Positions 41,070 through 55,350 are shown, numbered from the whole stretch's first letter. The stretch: 63,719 nt of DNA, filler included, from Octopus bimaculoides (GCF_001194135.2; 5 parts of 5 records of this genome joined end to end with filler, not necessarily neighbours in it); one strand, 5' to 3'. The notes: generated by a model from the letters alone, not told the origin. Program-made: numbers and translations.

Positions 41070-42900
41070 TAATATATCCTTTATATATATAAATATATAT
41101 CCTATATATACTAATATATCCTTTTGTTATTTACACCACCTGTCCTCGTCTGTTATTATTTGTATTTTCTCCCATATATATATATATACATATATATACA
41201 TACACACATATGTACATACATACATACACACACATATGTACATACAAACATGCACATATGTACATACATACATACACACACATATGTATGTACATACATA
41301 CATATATATATATATACAAGCACCCACTACACTCTCAGAGTGGTTGGTGTTAGGAAGGGCATCCAGCTGCAGAAACTCTGCCAGATCAGATTGGAGCCTG
41401 GTTTAGCCATCCGCTTTGCCAGTCCCCAGTCAAATCGTCCAACCCATGCTAGCATGGAAAGTGGAGGTATGATGTCGATGATGATATATATATATATATG
41501 TATGTATATATATGATAAAGGCAGGTGTATAAATAACAAGCAGTTGTATTAGTTTGATGCTAAGTGAGAAAGTCTTTTACATTTTGAGCCTACACTCTTC
41601 AACAGAGGAATGAGAGAAATTAAATAGAGACAATAAAAAAAAAACTTGTGGATTTAGCAATTTTTAAAAAATTGTTAGTGGATTTGCAGAACCATTAACA
41701 TGTTTGAAAAAAGGCTTCGCTGTATATTTTCGGCTCTCTACGTTCTATGTTCAAATCCCGCTAGAGTCAGTTAACTTTGCATTTCATCTTGAGTTCAATA
41801 AAATAAAACACAGGTCAAGTTCTGGACTTGGTGGCATTAACTAACTCCTACCCCCCAGTTACTGCTGGCCATGTCCCTAAATTAGAAACAATTACCATCA
41901 TTACTATTATCATAGGGTAGTAGATCAACAAAATTGATGAACGTTGGACAAAATGCTTTGCAATATTTCTTCTGTCTCTTTACGTTCATAGTTCAAATCC
42001 AGGTACGGTCAACTTTGCTTTTTATTCTTTCAAGGTCGATAAAATAAATACCAGTAACTACATAGGCCCATGGTATTGACTACACCCCATCCTCACTGTT
42101 ACGTCTCTATGCTAGAAGAACAATTATTATTCTTTAGTCAACTATCAACAGCGATTTAACAGACCAATGCCTTTCCCCGCAAATTTTTGGCCTTGTGACG
42201 TTAAGAAATTCATCAATTATCACTATGTAAATTACTGATTTATTTTGTCTTATTTCTTATATTAAACACATTATTTTTGTTTTTTAATCCTTCTTGTTTA
42301 GCTTCAGTTCAGTTCCGATCCAGCACACCAATAAATCGAAGATGTCCTAAATCTGGCCTTTTATTTACCCATACAGTAGGGTGTGGAGTATAAGAGAGAT
42401 TGGGCTGCTAGCAGGCCGAGCGATCCCATAGAGGCTCTCTCTCGTTCATTTGTACACAGCTTTAATGAGTCACTCAGGTGTATACGTGCGCACACACTCA
42501 AACACACGAACGTAAAATCACAAACAGACGCCATTTTGGGGGTGGCTAAATGACAATGAGTGAGCAAAGGAAGAGAAAAAAATTACGAGCGGGCACAAAA
42601 TAAGGGACCAATTTTATTACTATACACTACTTTAAAATGATCCCTCAATTCTAGTCAGGATTTCAGCATCTTGCATATAGGAAAAGGGAGATAATGCAAA
42701 ATTTGTGTAGTACACCTTTCATATGTATGTATGCGTACACATATATACACACACATTTCCCCAACAATCTCATCTCTATCTTTATATATATAGATCTTTA
42801 TATATGTATATATATATAAACTCTAGATTGATTGGTTACCTCTACATCTATATGTATGACAAAAAAATATCATGTGACTATCAGAAAAAAAGCAGGAAAA

Positions 42901-42948
<48 letters not shown>

Positions 42949-43026
42949 TGGGTTTTAAAAAATCGCATATTTTACTCTGCAATTCCAGCTTGAATGCTCC
43001 ATATGTGTATGACGAGTGTGTGAGTG

Positions 43027-43059
<33 letters not shown>

Positions 43060-43889
43060 ACTGAGATGCGGGTGTGTTCCAAAAGTGCGTGTGACAAATA
43101 TACTACCGTGTCTGAGACAAAAATTAAAAAGTAAAAAAAAAAAAAAAGATACAAAGAATAAATATGGCTCTGACGTCTTTGGAAAAGTTTTGTATCTAGC
43201 AAACTGTGTCAGGAAGAAAAAAAAATAAACAAACATATTTGTAGTCGAGGTGAAACTAAATAGAAAATCATTTCTAGTCTTTATATAATCCAGCGTATGC
43301 GTGTGTGTGTGTGTGAGATGACGATGGTCTTGCTTCAATTACTCATATTTCTTACTACTCGACTTAACAGTACATAAACTATGACATTATATAGTTCGTA
43401 TGAGATATTTATATAGACACACACACATATGCAGTACATATACTAACATTTGTATACACACGCACACAAATATATTCAGGTGCGTTATGTATTTTAATCT
43501 GCTTAGGTTGTTTCTATTAAATTTAGTTTGCTTCAGATTTTTTTTTTTTTCTTTTTTCTTTCAATAATAAAAAAGAGAAAAAAACTTCCTTAAACCTAAT
43601 ATGGATATTTCGAAATATAATTTTAAAAATACAGAAAGCGGAAAAGCTTTTAAATTCTCAAAAAAAATTACCAAGTCATAAGCGGAAATAGGAAAGTAAA
43701 AGCTTTTACACACAATTTAGATGTGAAAAAAAAATGTGAGATAGTATGAATGCGTGTACGGTTTATATATATGTGTGTGTGTATATATAGTGTATGTGTA
43801 TAATCCTCTCTCTATAAATGTATAAGTTATATGAAATGAAACTGTGTGCTTGTCAGTGAATATATATCAATGTGTGCGTGTGTGTGTAT

Positions 43890-43933
<44 letters not shown>

Positions 43934-44301
43934 ATTCAGAGAGCGGGGAATAGTGAGAGAACGAGCAAAGAATGAGTGAAGAAGCAAGAAAGAAGCAATG
44001 TAACAATAAGTAGTCCATTAGTCAGTTGATGTGTTTGTTGTCTTCAGTGAAAAACATGAATCACACCAGTTATGAGCTACTTGGAGAAACAACAACTACA
44101 ACAACAACAGCAGCAGCAGCAGTAGTAGTAGTAGTAACAGCAGCAGCAGCAGCAAGAACAATAATTACAACCCCGAGACAGTGAAACCTTTACATGATCA
44201 CCCCTAGAAATAACAGTCATATTTTCATCATAATTAAATCCCTTTCGTCATCATTAAAAAAAGTGGTACATAGAATGAGTTAAGCCAAGATAGACTGCTT
44301 C

Positions 44302-44371
<70 letters not shown>

Positions 44372-44679
44372 TTAGGGAAAAGGACCAAGGTTCATGAACT
44401 CATCATTATTTTTAATTTTTAATAAATTGATTTTAATTAAAGAAATACCACTATGTATTTTGTCCGACGCGCTAACGATTCTTCCAGCTTCAGAGTTAAA
44501 ATACCACCGAGATCAACTTTGATTTTTATCCCGTCAAGATCGATAAAATAAACAACCAATTAAGTATTGGGGTTGATGTCATCGACTAACACCTTTAGAT
44601 CACCTTTAAAAAATTGTCGGTTTTGTGCCAAATCGGAAACCATTATTATTACTATTATTAAGCTCAGTGCAAGCACTTT

Positions 44680-45640
44680 CCGACCTCTCGGAAGTGTCCT
44701 CTCTCATCGCTTCTGTACGCTTTGGCTCTTGAATCACTGCAGCAGAAAGATAGGTTTTAAGGAGTATAATGCTCGAAGAGGGGCGTTAGACTGTTGCGTC
44801 AGTACCCTTGGTCGCACTCCCGCTGACGTGATGTCGGACACTACGGAAACTGAGGTGGACAGCATTATATGGAAATAATACGCAACAGTAACAGGAGCAC
44901 GTAACAACCAAGAAAAGTTGGTGGGGTTGCACCTCGACAACTGGCAAAGTAAATCCATGCTGACTAGCGCCGAGTGTCGCCAGAGAGGTCCTGCTGAGAT
45001 GCTTGGAGACTGATTCAGGCCAAAACGCTATGTGTAGAGAAACCGGGATCAAGTTACGAGTAGGGTATCCAGTCTCATCCGGAAGTGGGCTGAGAGAACT
45101 CTGTATTCGAAAAATCGGATACAAGTGGATAGAAGTAGTGAACATATACATCGCCTCGCTTCCGTTATTTATTGTTGCCTGATCCTCGTACCATGTTCCA
45201 GCTTTTATCTGACTAGACTGGAACGTCTACACTTCAGATTCTTGTGAAAGAGATACGTTCCACTAGTTAGAAGATCCCATTTGCTGCCAACAGAAGATCT
45301 CATTTGCTGCAGAGTTCACTTTGTGGCTAATGATACACAAGCATGCGTTCAAGTTGCAGCGTCTGCAGAAACTTCTGGAGATTAGTAAGTCGTGGACGCC
45401 GTTTGTGAGGTACGTTTTCCCGCAGCTCATCTCTTTTGGCAAATCTGCAGCCGAGGGTCATGTGATGACCAAGAGTGGGTGCCTAGAATCGAGAATCTTG
45501 TCAGGCGCTCACAGTTCCCTTACTAGTCAAGCAGTGTTGCCTGTAATTGGTCGACCTTTGCATTTTATAGAGGATTGGCGAAAGGCAAGAGCAACGAAAT
45601 TCGAAGGAGAGTCTAGGAATCAACGAAGATCGATTTAAGC
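44680..45640. mobile_element. GC-richer complex segment, possibly a decayed retroelement ORF
   Basis: Composition shifts abruptly. A plus-strand stretch LCIRKIGYKWIEVVNIYIASLP weakly resembles APE-endonuclease (VxNIYxPP) regions. All frames are broken. Confidence 0.3.
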
Positions 45641-47343
45641 TATTCAGGGGAATTTCCAGCTAGCATTAGTTAAACGATTCTAGCGATTATTGAAATTACT
45701 AAAATATATTATAAAAAAGAAAAGTTTGTTAGCTGTATTTTTCTAATCGAGTATACCTGTGATCACAAGAATCTGTGATCTAGCAATCTCATCTCCTTTT
45801 CAGACGACATTAGCTAATGTCCTAATTTGGGGGCAAAAACTGTGATTTGAAGGAAATTTGGTGGTTATTTTTAGCAACACAAGCAACCACATAGAGGGTT
45901 ATTGTTCTTTTGACTTCAAGTATATGCGAAAATAAAAAGTCGGAAACAGAAAGTTGTAGCATAATCTGGGTCAGCTCTAATAAAGCAAACCTCTGATCGA
46001 AGACATTCCAAGCGTTACAATCTCATTTATTTTTTGCTCTTTTGTTGGGGTTTTTTTCTCTTTTTTTCAAATATATTATATCTAAGACTATATTAGCCAT
46101 TGTGATTTGCTATCTACGGCCTAACTAAAAACCACTTCCTTTTATTCTGATTATTACTTTTCACATATCGAATGCGATAGGGACTGGGCCTCGTTTGCTG
46201 TCATTCTTCCCGGTCTGTTATCGATACCTTGTCATTCAAGCTTGTTATTGATACTCCATTAACTTGCTCGTCATGTAAAGCATATATAATAACCAAGTCG
46301 CTATTTAAACCAGTCCCAACCATCTAAAAACAAAACTGTGTGTGTGTTTGTGTGGTACGATTTAAATCGCATGACATAACCGGTTTTTAGAACTCTGCGC
46401 GCAAGTTTCCTTTAACCTTACGATCAATACCTTTCCTCGTGATCAAACAGAAGAAAATTGTATGTCTTTACTCTACTCAAAGGAAGGCGGCTGTGCGATC
46501 CCCACAATGGACTCCACTGACAGCCGGATCAAGTCTGCATAGGAAATCGGCTGATCACCAACCCCACAAGTCAGTATTACTCAGACTCAACGAGGGGTAC
46601 GTGTTGAACGGGTTTGTCGCTCTGCCCCCCCCCCATCTCGGACCTTTGATGATAAGTTAATTTGTACCAGCAGGACTAAATTCACCTGGGGCTGAACAAC
46701 AACAGAAATGGCGCAACTGTTTCTAGTAATATGGCTAAATCCACTCTACATTCCCATTTGGAATCTCTCTCAGATCGATAAAACCAGTACTAGTGATTGC
46801 CTGAGTATTGTTGTTCGTGTTATTGGTTTAGCCCCAGGTCAACTCTGATCCAGCCAGTAGATATGATCGAAGACATTCTAGCTGTAACCATTCTTCTTTT
46901 GTATGTTAATGTTTAATCTATTTGAATTTGAATTCGAAGGTAGAATCTGAGTCAGCAAATTAGTAACATAGCCTGAAGATCATAAGAATTTTAAACACAA
47001 ACAGAAGCGCAGAAATAATTTAACTAAGACTACATCTATGTAGTTTTAAGACAGTAGGGAATTTGACTGCTATTTCTAGCAATCGAACGACCAGACAGAA
47101 GCTCCCAATCTGTATATATTTGGGAGTGATTCTTGACGGTTGAAGGATACGCTTTTTTTTTTCTTTCTTTCATTTGTTTGACTCATTGAATTGCGGTCAT
47201 GTTGGAGCACCACCTTGAAGAGTTTAGTCGAACTGATTTTCAAGTCTGGTATTCAATCTATCGTTCTCTTTTTCCGAACTGCAAAGTCACAAGAATGTAA
47301 ACAAACCAACACCGGTTGTCAAGCGCTGGCAAACACACACAAG

Positions 47344-47424
<81 letters not shown>

Positions 47425-48014
47425 GACGGGGTTTCACAGTTTCCGTCTACTAAATTCCCTGACAAGGCATTAGTTGGTCTGGGGCAACCGTAGAAGACAC
47501 TTGCCCAAAGTGGAACTGAGTCCACGAGCTTCTTAAACCAATAGCTATGCTTCTATCGAGTAAAGACACCAGCAAGTTATATTTTAATCACCACTGTCAT
47601 TATATTATTTTTAACACAGACAAACAGACGCAAGATCAGAAATTTTGAAGAGGTTAGTCCATTACACTAATTTTAGAACTTGCCTAGTGCTTAATTTCAT
47701 TGACTGTCCGAAGAGGGATAAAAAGCAAGACTGAACTCAGCGGCATTTGAACTCGAAACATCGAGAGTGTTGCAAGGCATTTTGTCCGACATTCTAACGA
47801 ATCTGATAATCCACCACCACCCTAACCACCAGAACAATATTATATTATATGGCATTCTAAGTTCAAATACCTTGATTTCATCTTTGCGGTGTTTCACTAA
47901 ATAAAGAACTAGTCAAGAACTAGGAGATCGATATATTCCAAACACCGCCCTTCCTCTCTCCCTCCTTGCTCTGCAGATGTGTCATTTTGTGTTACTCATG
48001 TAAGAAATAGTCAA

Positions 48015-48400
48015 AGATGGCGGGAATAGAATCGTTAGCGCGTCGGGCAAAATGCTTTGCGATATTTTTTCCGATTCACTGTTCTGAGTTCAAACACCAC
48101 CAGAGTCAACTTTGCCTTTCATCTTTAAGTGATCGATAAAATAAATATCAGTAAAGTACTGGGGATCGATGTAATCGACTTCCCCCTCCCTTCAAAAACT
48201 GTTAGCCCTGTGCCAAAATTTGAAACCATTATCATTATTGGCAGAATCGTTAGCACGCAGGGTAAAATGCTTAGCGGCATTTCGTCCGTCTTTACGTTCT
48301 GAGTTCAAATTCCGCCGAAGTCAACTCAGCCTTTCAACCCTTTGAGGTCAATAAAATAAGTACCAGTTGAGCACTGAAGTTGGTATGATTTGATAATTAT
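48015..48400 (+). mobile_element. head-to-tail SINE dimer
   Basis: Copy 1 ends AAAATTTGAAACCATTATCATTATT and is immediately followed by GGCAGAATCGTTAGC of copy 2. Confidence 0.8.
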
Positions 48401-48509
48401 TCTTGTTGTTTCATATTTGTTTTAGTTCGATTTCCAGCAAAGTTAACTTTCCTGTTATTTCTCCGTTACTAACGCAGATAAAAACCCAACGCTTAAGCGA
48501 ATGCGCCCC

Positions 48510-48690
48510 TGCATGGCCGCTAGAAATAACAGTCAACCACCCTTAAATCACACCGTCTTAAAAAAAAGAACACGTTGAATAATACGGTCTTGGGTTCTCT
48601 GTACATAAGAAAAACACAGGATGGTCGTGGTTGGAATGCTTTTTGATCATAGAATAGTGTGATCAGGGCTAACCTAAAGCTAAGCAATAA
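48510..48690 (+). mobile_element. additional interspersed repeat family (CTAGAAATA.CAG.CAAA..CC.TTAAATCACACC..GTCTTAAAAAA..)
   Basis: Related copies lie at about 44205-44300, 45800-45990, 54000-54090, 56060-56260 (-) and 57170-57335 (+). Confidence 0.6.
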
Positions 48691-49646
48691 CTATTTCAAC
48701 GAAGAAGCCGCCTCAACGTAGTCGCTCGATCTGCTAGAAATGAATTAAATTTCACTAAAATCACAACCTCCGTCTTAATCGTTGCCAATAGACAAAATTA
48801 AGTTTTTATTATCCATAGGTGTGCAGCATCAGGGTTGCCCTCGAGTTGAAATAACCACCAGAACCACCAGTAAATAAATGGCTCATTTATATTGACCATA
48901 ACGCCGCCATACATTCAACAGGTCTTATGACAGCCTCAGAAAATATAATGATTACGGTGGCGAGCTGGCAAAATCGTTAGAGCATTGGAAAAATAAAAAA
49001 GACCTTGCGGCATTTACACTCATGAGTTCAAACGCCGCCTACGTCAATTTGCTTTTCATCCCTCCGAGGTAGATAAAATAAGAATCTGTCAAATTTAGGA
49101 GGTCGTTGATATCAACCAACCCCTCCCTTCAAAATGTGTCTAAATTATTGACAGAATTCTTAGTGTCCAGCAAAACGCCTTGGGGTGTTTAGTCTTACCC
49201 TTTACGTTTTGAGTTCAAATTCAACTCGAATCAAATTTTTCTTTCATCATTCCAGGATAAAATAAAAGACGTGTGTGTGTATGTACACCCCACCCCATAT
49301 ATATATATATATATATATATTTCAAGGTTTTTAACTTTTAAATTTGCTNNNNNNNNNNCCGCACACACATTTATATGTCTATATATATATATGGAAAAAA
49401 ATGTGTTTATTATGGTAGTTTTAACTTTAAAAATCCCTCCTAGCGTGAGGCATTTATGTATAGTAATGCCCTTAATATAAATAAATATATTTAAAGGGAA
49501 TAATTAATAAATGTTTCCCTTATGAGGTTTTTCACGCTAACTACTTGATAAATTCTTATAAAGATTTTATCCTATTTTTAGATATGAAAAAATGAATAGA
49601 AATGGCTTTTCTCATAATTTTTCCACTTTCACAATTAGATGTTTAT

Positions 49647-49690
<44 letters not shown>

Positions 49691-50448
49691 TTCAAGGTTT
49701 TTAACTTTTAAATTTGCTACATCCTCTGGAAAATTATATATATATATATTCGGTAAATTTTGATAAGTGCACATCAAAATTTACCTATTCTTCTTTTAAC
49801 GATCCCAAACCGATGAAAGACAAGTCAACTTTTGAACTCAAAACGTTTCTGCCTCACCAGACTCAGTCATACTTACTTCCTTCGATATGCTTAAACATCG
49901 AATACTTGACACAGAATTCAAAGCTGAATCTGCAGAGTGTGAGTTTGAGTGTGAGTTTGAAAATAAGAATTAAAAGACAGGCGATTGTTTCTCGCAGATA
50001 TTGAAGCACTCTAACGGAATGAGGAGGAAAATCCTAATACAAAAATAACTAAAATTAGATAAGAAATAAATTTATTGTCAACACACATAAGAGGGATGAA
50101 ACACGAGTGAACGGGTATAGGTAGCAAGAAAATTGAATTTCTCTCTAAGGGGAGAGGGGTCACGTGCGGTTAGAAATGGCAGTCAAAATATCCCTCAAAT
50201 CGTGTGCCCTGCCACCATCTTTAAACAAAGGAAGGACACTCTGAATATTATAGCTTTACAATATTATATTAAAGTCAGGATGGTCACAACAGGATCGCGT
50301 TTCATCGTGGGCCTGACGGATCACCGCAAAACCTGTGGCTAAAAAAAGAACGAGAGAGAGAATGGGTTGGAGCATGGACGGGTGGATGGGTATTTCAAGC
50401 AACAAACTGTGACACGGGACATCAGTAGTGGTAGTATTAGTAGTAGAA

Positions 50449-50767
50449 TTGGCATTCCGTCGGTTACGACGACGAGTGTTCCAGTTGTTCCGATCAACGA
50501 AAACAGCCTGTTCATGAAATTAACGTACAAGTGACTGGGCACTCCACAGACACGCATACTTTTAATATAGTTTTTGGGGAGATTCATCGTAACACAGAAT
50601 ATGACAAGGTTGGCCCTTTGAATTACAGGTACTACTTAATTTTTGCCAGCTGAATGGACAAGAACAACGTGAAATAAAATGTCTTCTTCAAGGACATAAC
50701 GCACCGCCGGGTAACGAACTCACGATCGAGAGCCGAATGTCCTAACCACCAAACCACGCGCCTGCAC
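50449..50767 (-). mobile_element. tRNA-SINE: CORE-like centre plus the tail of the 59454 family
   Basis: Minus strand reads GTGCAGGCGCGTGGTTTGGTGG..GAGTTCGTTACC..TGTCCTTGAAGAAGACA..CAGCTGGCAAAAAT..CCTGTAATTCAAAGGG..GAATGCCAA, followed by a CTA-type tail. Confidence 0.75.
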
Positions 50768-51784
50768 AGTAGTAGTAGTAGTAGTGGTAGTAGTAAATCG
50801 GTCAATTTGACTTTAAATAGTTGCTTGCAATACAACGACAACCACCACGGACAAAATGTTACCAGAACTGACGAGATAGATTATACGAAATACGCAGGGT
50901 GGAGACTAATTGACGAAATAGGGGGGAAAAAAATTAAAAAGTAAAGGTGTTGATTGGAGCAGAAAGTACAACTTTCTAGGAGAGGAGAGAGAGAGTTAAA
51001 GTTAGCTAATGAATGAATGAATGAATGTTACGAGTTTGTAGTGGAACGAGATATTAACGAGTAGCGACCGTTACGAAACTCGGAGCAGTAACAGTAACTC
51101 AGAGAAAACACCCTCACATACGGTGGTGCCTCTCACACATGTAATCTAAGTGATTATTAACTGAGATTACCCATGCAGTTAGCTGACAAAAACTCCCTCC
51201 AAAGAGCTTAAAATTTAAAATGGGAAATCACTAATATCAGCCAGTAGTAGTAGTAAGACGGAAAGAATAAACGAAATATCAGAAGTGTCAAATTATTTTC
51301 CGAAAAAAAAAAAAAAATACTTTGCAACTTTCGTTCCGGCTCTCTTAAGATCTGAGTTCAAATCTTATCGAAGTAAATTATTGCCTTTCATCCTGCATGG
51401 GTCGAAAAATAAAGTATATGTCAATTACAGAAGGCGTTGTAATCGACTCGTCCTCCCTCAAAATGCCAGGCGTTATAGCTTTATTAAAAACGATTACCGG
51501 GTAGTGCCACACCTTACCCGACACTGGACAAGTATTTATTTCAGCAACAGCAGGACGATGATAAAGCAACGAAGACATCGACTAGATTTGAACTCAGAAT
51601 GTCCTACTGATTCCGTCANNNNNNNNNNNNNNNNNNNNNNNNNNNNNNNNNNNNNNNNNNNNNNNNNNNNNNNNNNNNNNNNNNNNNNNNNNNNNNNNNN
51701 NNNNNNNNNNNNNNNNNNNNNNNNNNNNNNNNNNNNNNNNNNNNNNNNNNNNNNNNNNNNNNNNNNNNNNNNNNNNNNNNNNNN

Positions 51785-51827
<43 letters not shown>

Positions 51828-52386
51828 CTTTCGATTTCATGTTCAATAGAGATCACTTGTTCCTTTAGTTACATTTTATAACATTGTATTTAGAGAGAAA
51901 AAGGCGTGGCATAAGTATGAAAATCTCCAAGTCCAGTCCACTACCACTACTAACCCTTCTGGTATCAAGTCCTGTATAATCCTCTCATTACGAGATCCAC
52001 TACTACCAAGCCCCGTTTTCATAGATTACCTGTAGTATCAAAGCCTGTATAATTTTCACATCATTAGACTCACACCACCACCATTACTTGCAACCTTGTT
52101 TCTAACGAGGCCCTTAAGTATTAATCACATCGTCAAACCCATTCCTCTGCCAGAACAACTACAAGGCCCCTAGCATTAGGGGTTTTTTTTTTAAATTTTA
52201 TTTCTCTCCCCACCCACCTCGAGTGAGGACTTGAAGTATCAGGGCTCATTAAACCATTATAATCGTAAGGATTCCGCCGGACAAATATTTTACACCATCT
52301 AAAATGGTTCCCGTTCGTGGAAATGCATTTAGTACAGGCGACTGCATCACGCACACACATACACACACGTGTGTGTGTGTGTGTGT

Positions 52387-52435
<49 letters not shown>

Positions 52436-53634
52436 ACTCACACATGAACTGATGTGTGAGGATAGAATTTGAGTGCTAGAATATACGGTAGTATTTGTCG
52501 TACTATTATAATACACATACGGTGCATAAGTAGTACGTGCACACCAGTATATTCATACTAGTCAGGTAAATACACAAGATATTTTTACAGAAGTTTGAAT
52601 ATATAATAAACATCCCTATAATACTTTATAATGCGTGTGTGTATTTTTGCACATACACACATCATGTATACAAACGAAAACAACAAGCCTTTACATATCC
52701 ACTATATATATATATATATATAATGTATGAATATTGCGAAGGGATGTAAGCATATAATGAAACACTAACCAATATCATCTATGCATATACATACCCTTCT
52801 TTACAAACATGTATGGGCAGACTCACAAAGTTTAAAATGTTTTGGTTTCTGTTTGTTGTTTTTAGATCGAGAAAGTTTTGTTTAGTTTTGTAGAGAGAGA
52901 ACAAAAGAAAGGATAAGGAAGAAAATTAATAAACGTATATTTAAAGGCAATGGGAATATAGAAAGCAGTGACTTCGTTTTAACAACAGCGCGCCATGGAG
53001 TAGAAGGTAGGTAGGGGGGATCAGTTTATGTAGCGCTTTCTACTCAAAACTGGACCCTCACTTCTGGGGGGAAAAAAAACTGATGTTTAAAAAGAAACCA
53101 GAAGAAAAAAAATAGCCAATAGTCAGAAAATAAAACAAACTGCGATAAATAATGATACTAATGAATTATAGATATCATAAATACGATAGTCCTTAAGTTT
53201 TTAACACTGAACCTAAATTAAGAAGAGGAATCTGAAAATATAAACCAATAATTATTATTATAATTATAACTATTATTTCCCAATTATTGAGCATATATGT
53301 TGAACTTAACGTCGTTTTACGATTTGGTTTAGCGTCAAGAATTTGAAGCTTAGTTACACATAGACAGTGTGTGTGTGTGCATATACATGTCAACTATTGA
53401 CTAATATATACACACATAGACAAAATGCATAGACACACACATTGTATACTATTTCTTCCACTATTCACAAATATCAAATCAAATGATTGAGATCACTTGT
53501 GTCTATTTGGGTGTATATAAGGTAAGTATATATACATGAATATTTAACTATATATATATATATAATATATAGTGAACGTGTGTTGTACGAAGTTATAAAT
53601 GATATGTATACGTATGTTTATGTACCAATGGGTT

Positions 53635-53693
<59 letters not shown>

Positions 53694-54964
53694 ATATATG
53701 TGTGTGTGTTTAGGAAAGAGAAATGAAAAATAATGACAGAGGTTTGAGTGAAAGCTGGTGTTGGAGTAGAGGTTGGAGTGAGGTCTGGTGTTCCGTTCAA
53801 ACAGGCTTTATCATAAAAGCTTCAATTTAATATATAATAATAATTAATACAATATAAAGATAATATACAGTCGAAAGGAAAATCCAGTTGGTGGTGTAAA
53901 GTAGAGTTATTATTCGGCCCTCGGTCAGCAAAGCGTTCCTGCTCTGACCATCTTGTCCCTTATTCAATCAAACTACATTATCCAATGTTTTACTTATCAT
54001 TTTTTTCTTTAAAGACAGTAGGACATGATGTGAAGGAGATTTGGCTTCTATTTCTCGTGACCACGAAATGGTGATTCATGGTCCCTCTGTTACAGAGGTA
54101 CTGTGTAGTTTTTCTTGTCCAGTCAGGAAAAGAATGAAGGGCAGCACCTATGACCGTTTCCCCGTAACTGGTTTAAGGAAAGGGAGTCTGTTATCCTCAG
54201 AATTGAGACCTGACCCCCGAATACTTGCCAAAAAAAAAAAAAAACCCCACTGAATTCCGTTAAATGTACCCAAGGGTGGGGTAAAATAAATTTGGTAACG
54301 GATCAAGTCATACCATCCAAGTGTTAGTGTAATGAAATGCTGGTGTGATATTTGAGTGATTGCAGAGGTGCTGTATCGGTGATGGTGGATGATGTAGTAG
54401 AAGTTGCTGATATGATGTGATGTTTGAATGAGTGGAATGTAGCGATGCTGCGGACTAGTCAAATAGTGGTGAAGTTCTTTAACTCCAGTTCAGTTTTATC
54501 GAGCAGAGCTACGATCAAAAGCATTCCATGCGTGACCATTACACTTTATTATAGTTTTTTTTATACGTAATACGCGCTTTTATTTTTTTTAAGGCGTTAT
54601 TTATCTTCTATTTCTAGCAGGTCGATGAACCAAGTGGAGGCTCCCCGGTGTGGCCAAGTGGAGGGTAGTGAAGTGGTGATGTAGTATTTTAAGTGACTGT
54701 AATGGTAGTGTTGGTGCGGTGGAGCGGAGATTGGTGCTGTTTGAATGGGTGTAATAGTTGCTGTGAGTGTGAAGTAATGAAGCAGTGGTGTGGTGTATGG
54801 TGTACTATGGTAGAGATATAGTAGAGGGCGAAGCAGTGTTGCTGAGTGATGAGTGTGTGTGAGACGAAGATGAAAGATAATGTCTATCATCAGTATCTTA
54901 TAATAATAATAATAATAACATCAACAACAAAATGAGAGGTAAATGAAATCGACCAAAGACTTAC

Positions 54965-55330
54965 TTGAAGTTCTGCTCTCTCCACCTCCCATTGCGACCG
55001 TTCCATCTCGAATCTTGCCCATTCCGTTTGTAAGAAATGTAAAATTCCCGGCATAGAATACTGAGGCCTTTGGCTCGATTCATCGGCTTGTTGTTTGGTA
55101 ACCATTCCAGCAGCACCAAGTCCACCAACAACACCACTACAACCACCACAACTACTACCAACACTATTACTGTTGTTGACGGCGGAAAAGATGACTGGAC
55201 TAGCGCCGTTGTTGTTGTTGTTGTTGCTGCTGCTGATACTACCACCTCCTACTACCTGGCCACCACCACCACCACCAATACTACTACTACTGCCTCCTCC
55301 GTGTTGTGATCCGGGGCCGTCTTCAATCAT
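54965..55330 (-). CDS. STRN: striatin family (STRN/STRN3, Cka-like; PP2A B''' / STRIPAK scaffold), first coding exon, 122 codons
   Basis: After a Gly/Ser/Asn-rich leader it encodes QYSMPGILHFLQTEWARFEMERSQWEVERAELQ, the conserved striatin caveolin-binding/coiled-coil start. It ends in phase 0 at a canonical CAA|GTAAGT donor (54964-54959), at the position where I recall vertebrate striatins having their first intron. Confidence 0.93.
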
Positions 55331-55350
55331 CTTACCATGACCGCCGCCAT
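55327..55350 (-). promoter_or_regulatory. uORF MAAVMVR* whose stop overlaps the striatin ATG
   Basis: Minus strand reads ATG GCG GCG GTC ATG GTA AGA TGA. The TGA shares bases with the main ATG. Function is inferred. Confidence 0.55.

Noticed and set aside
49305-49720. Direct repeat (TA)n-TTCAAGGTTTTTAACTTTTAAATTTGCT on either side of a 10-N gap
   Set aside because: An identical sequence abutting a placeholder gap is most likely a contig overlap or haplotype duplication.
55070-55340. Plus-strand Thr/Pro/Leu-repeat ORFs antisense to striatin exon 1
   Set aside because: They are shadow frames of the trinucleotide-rich striatin leader.
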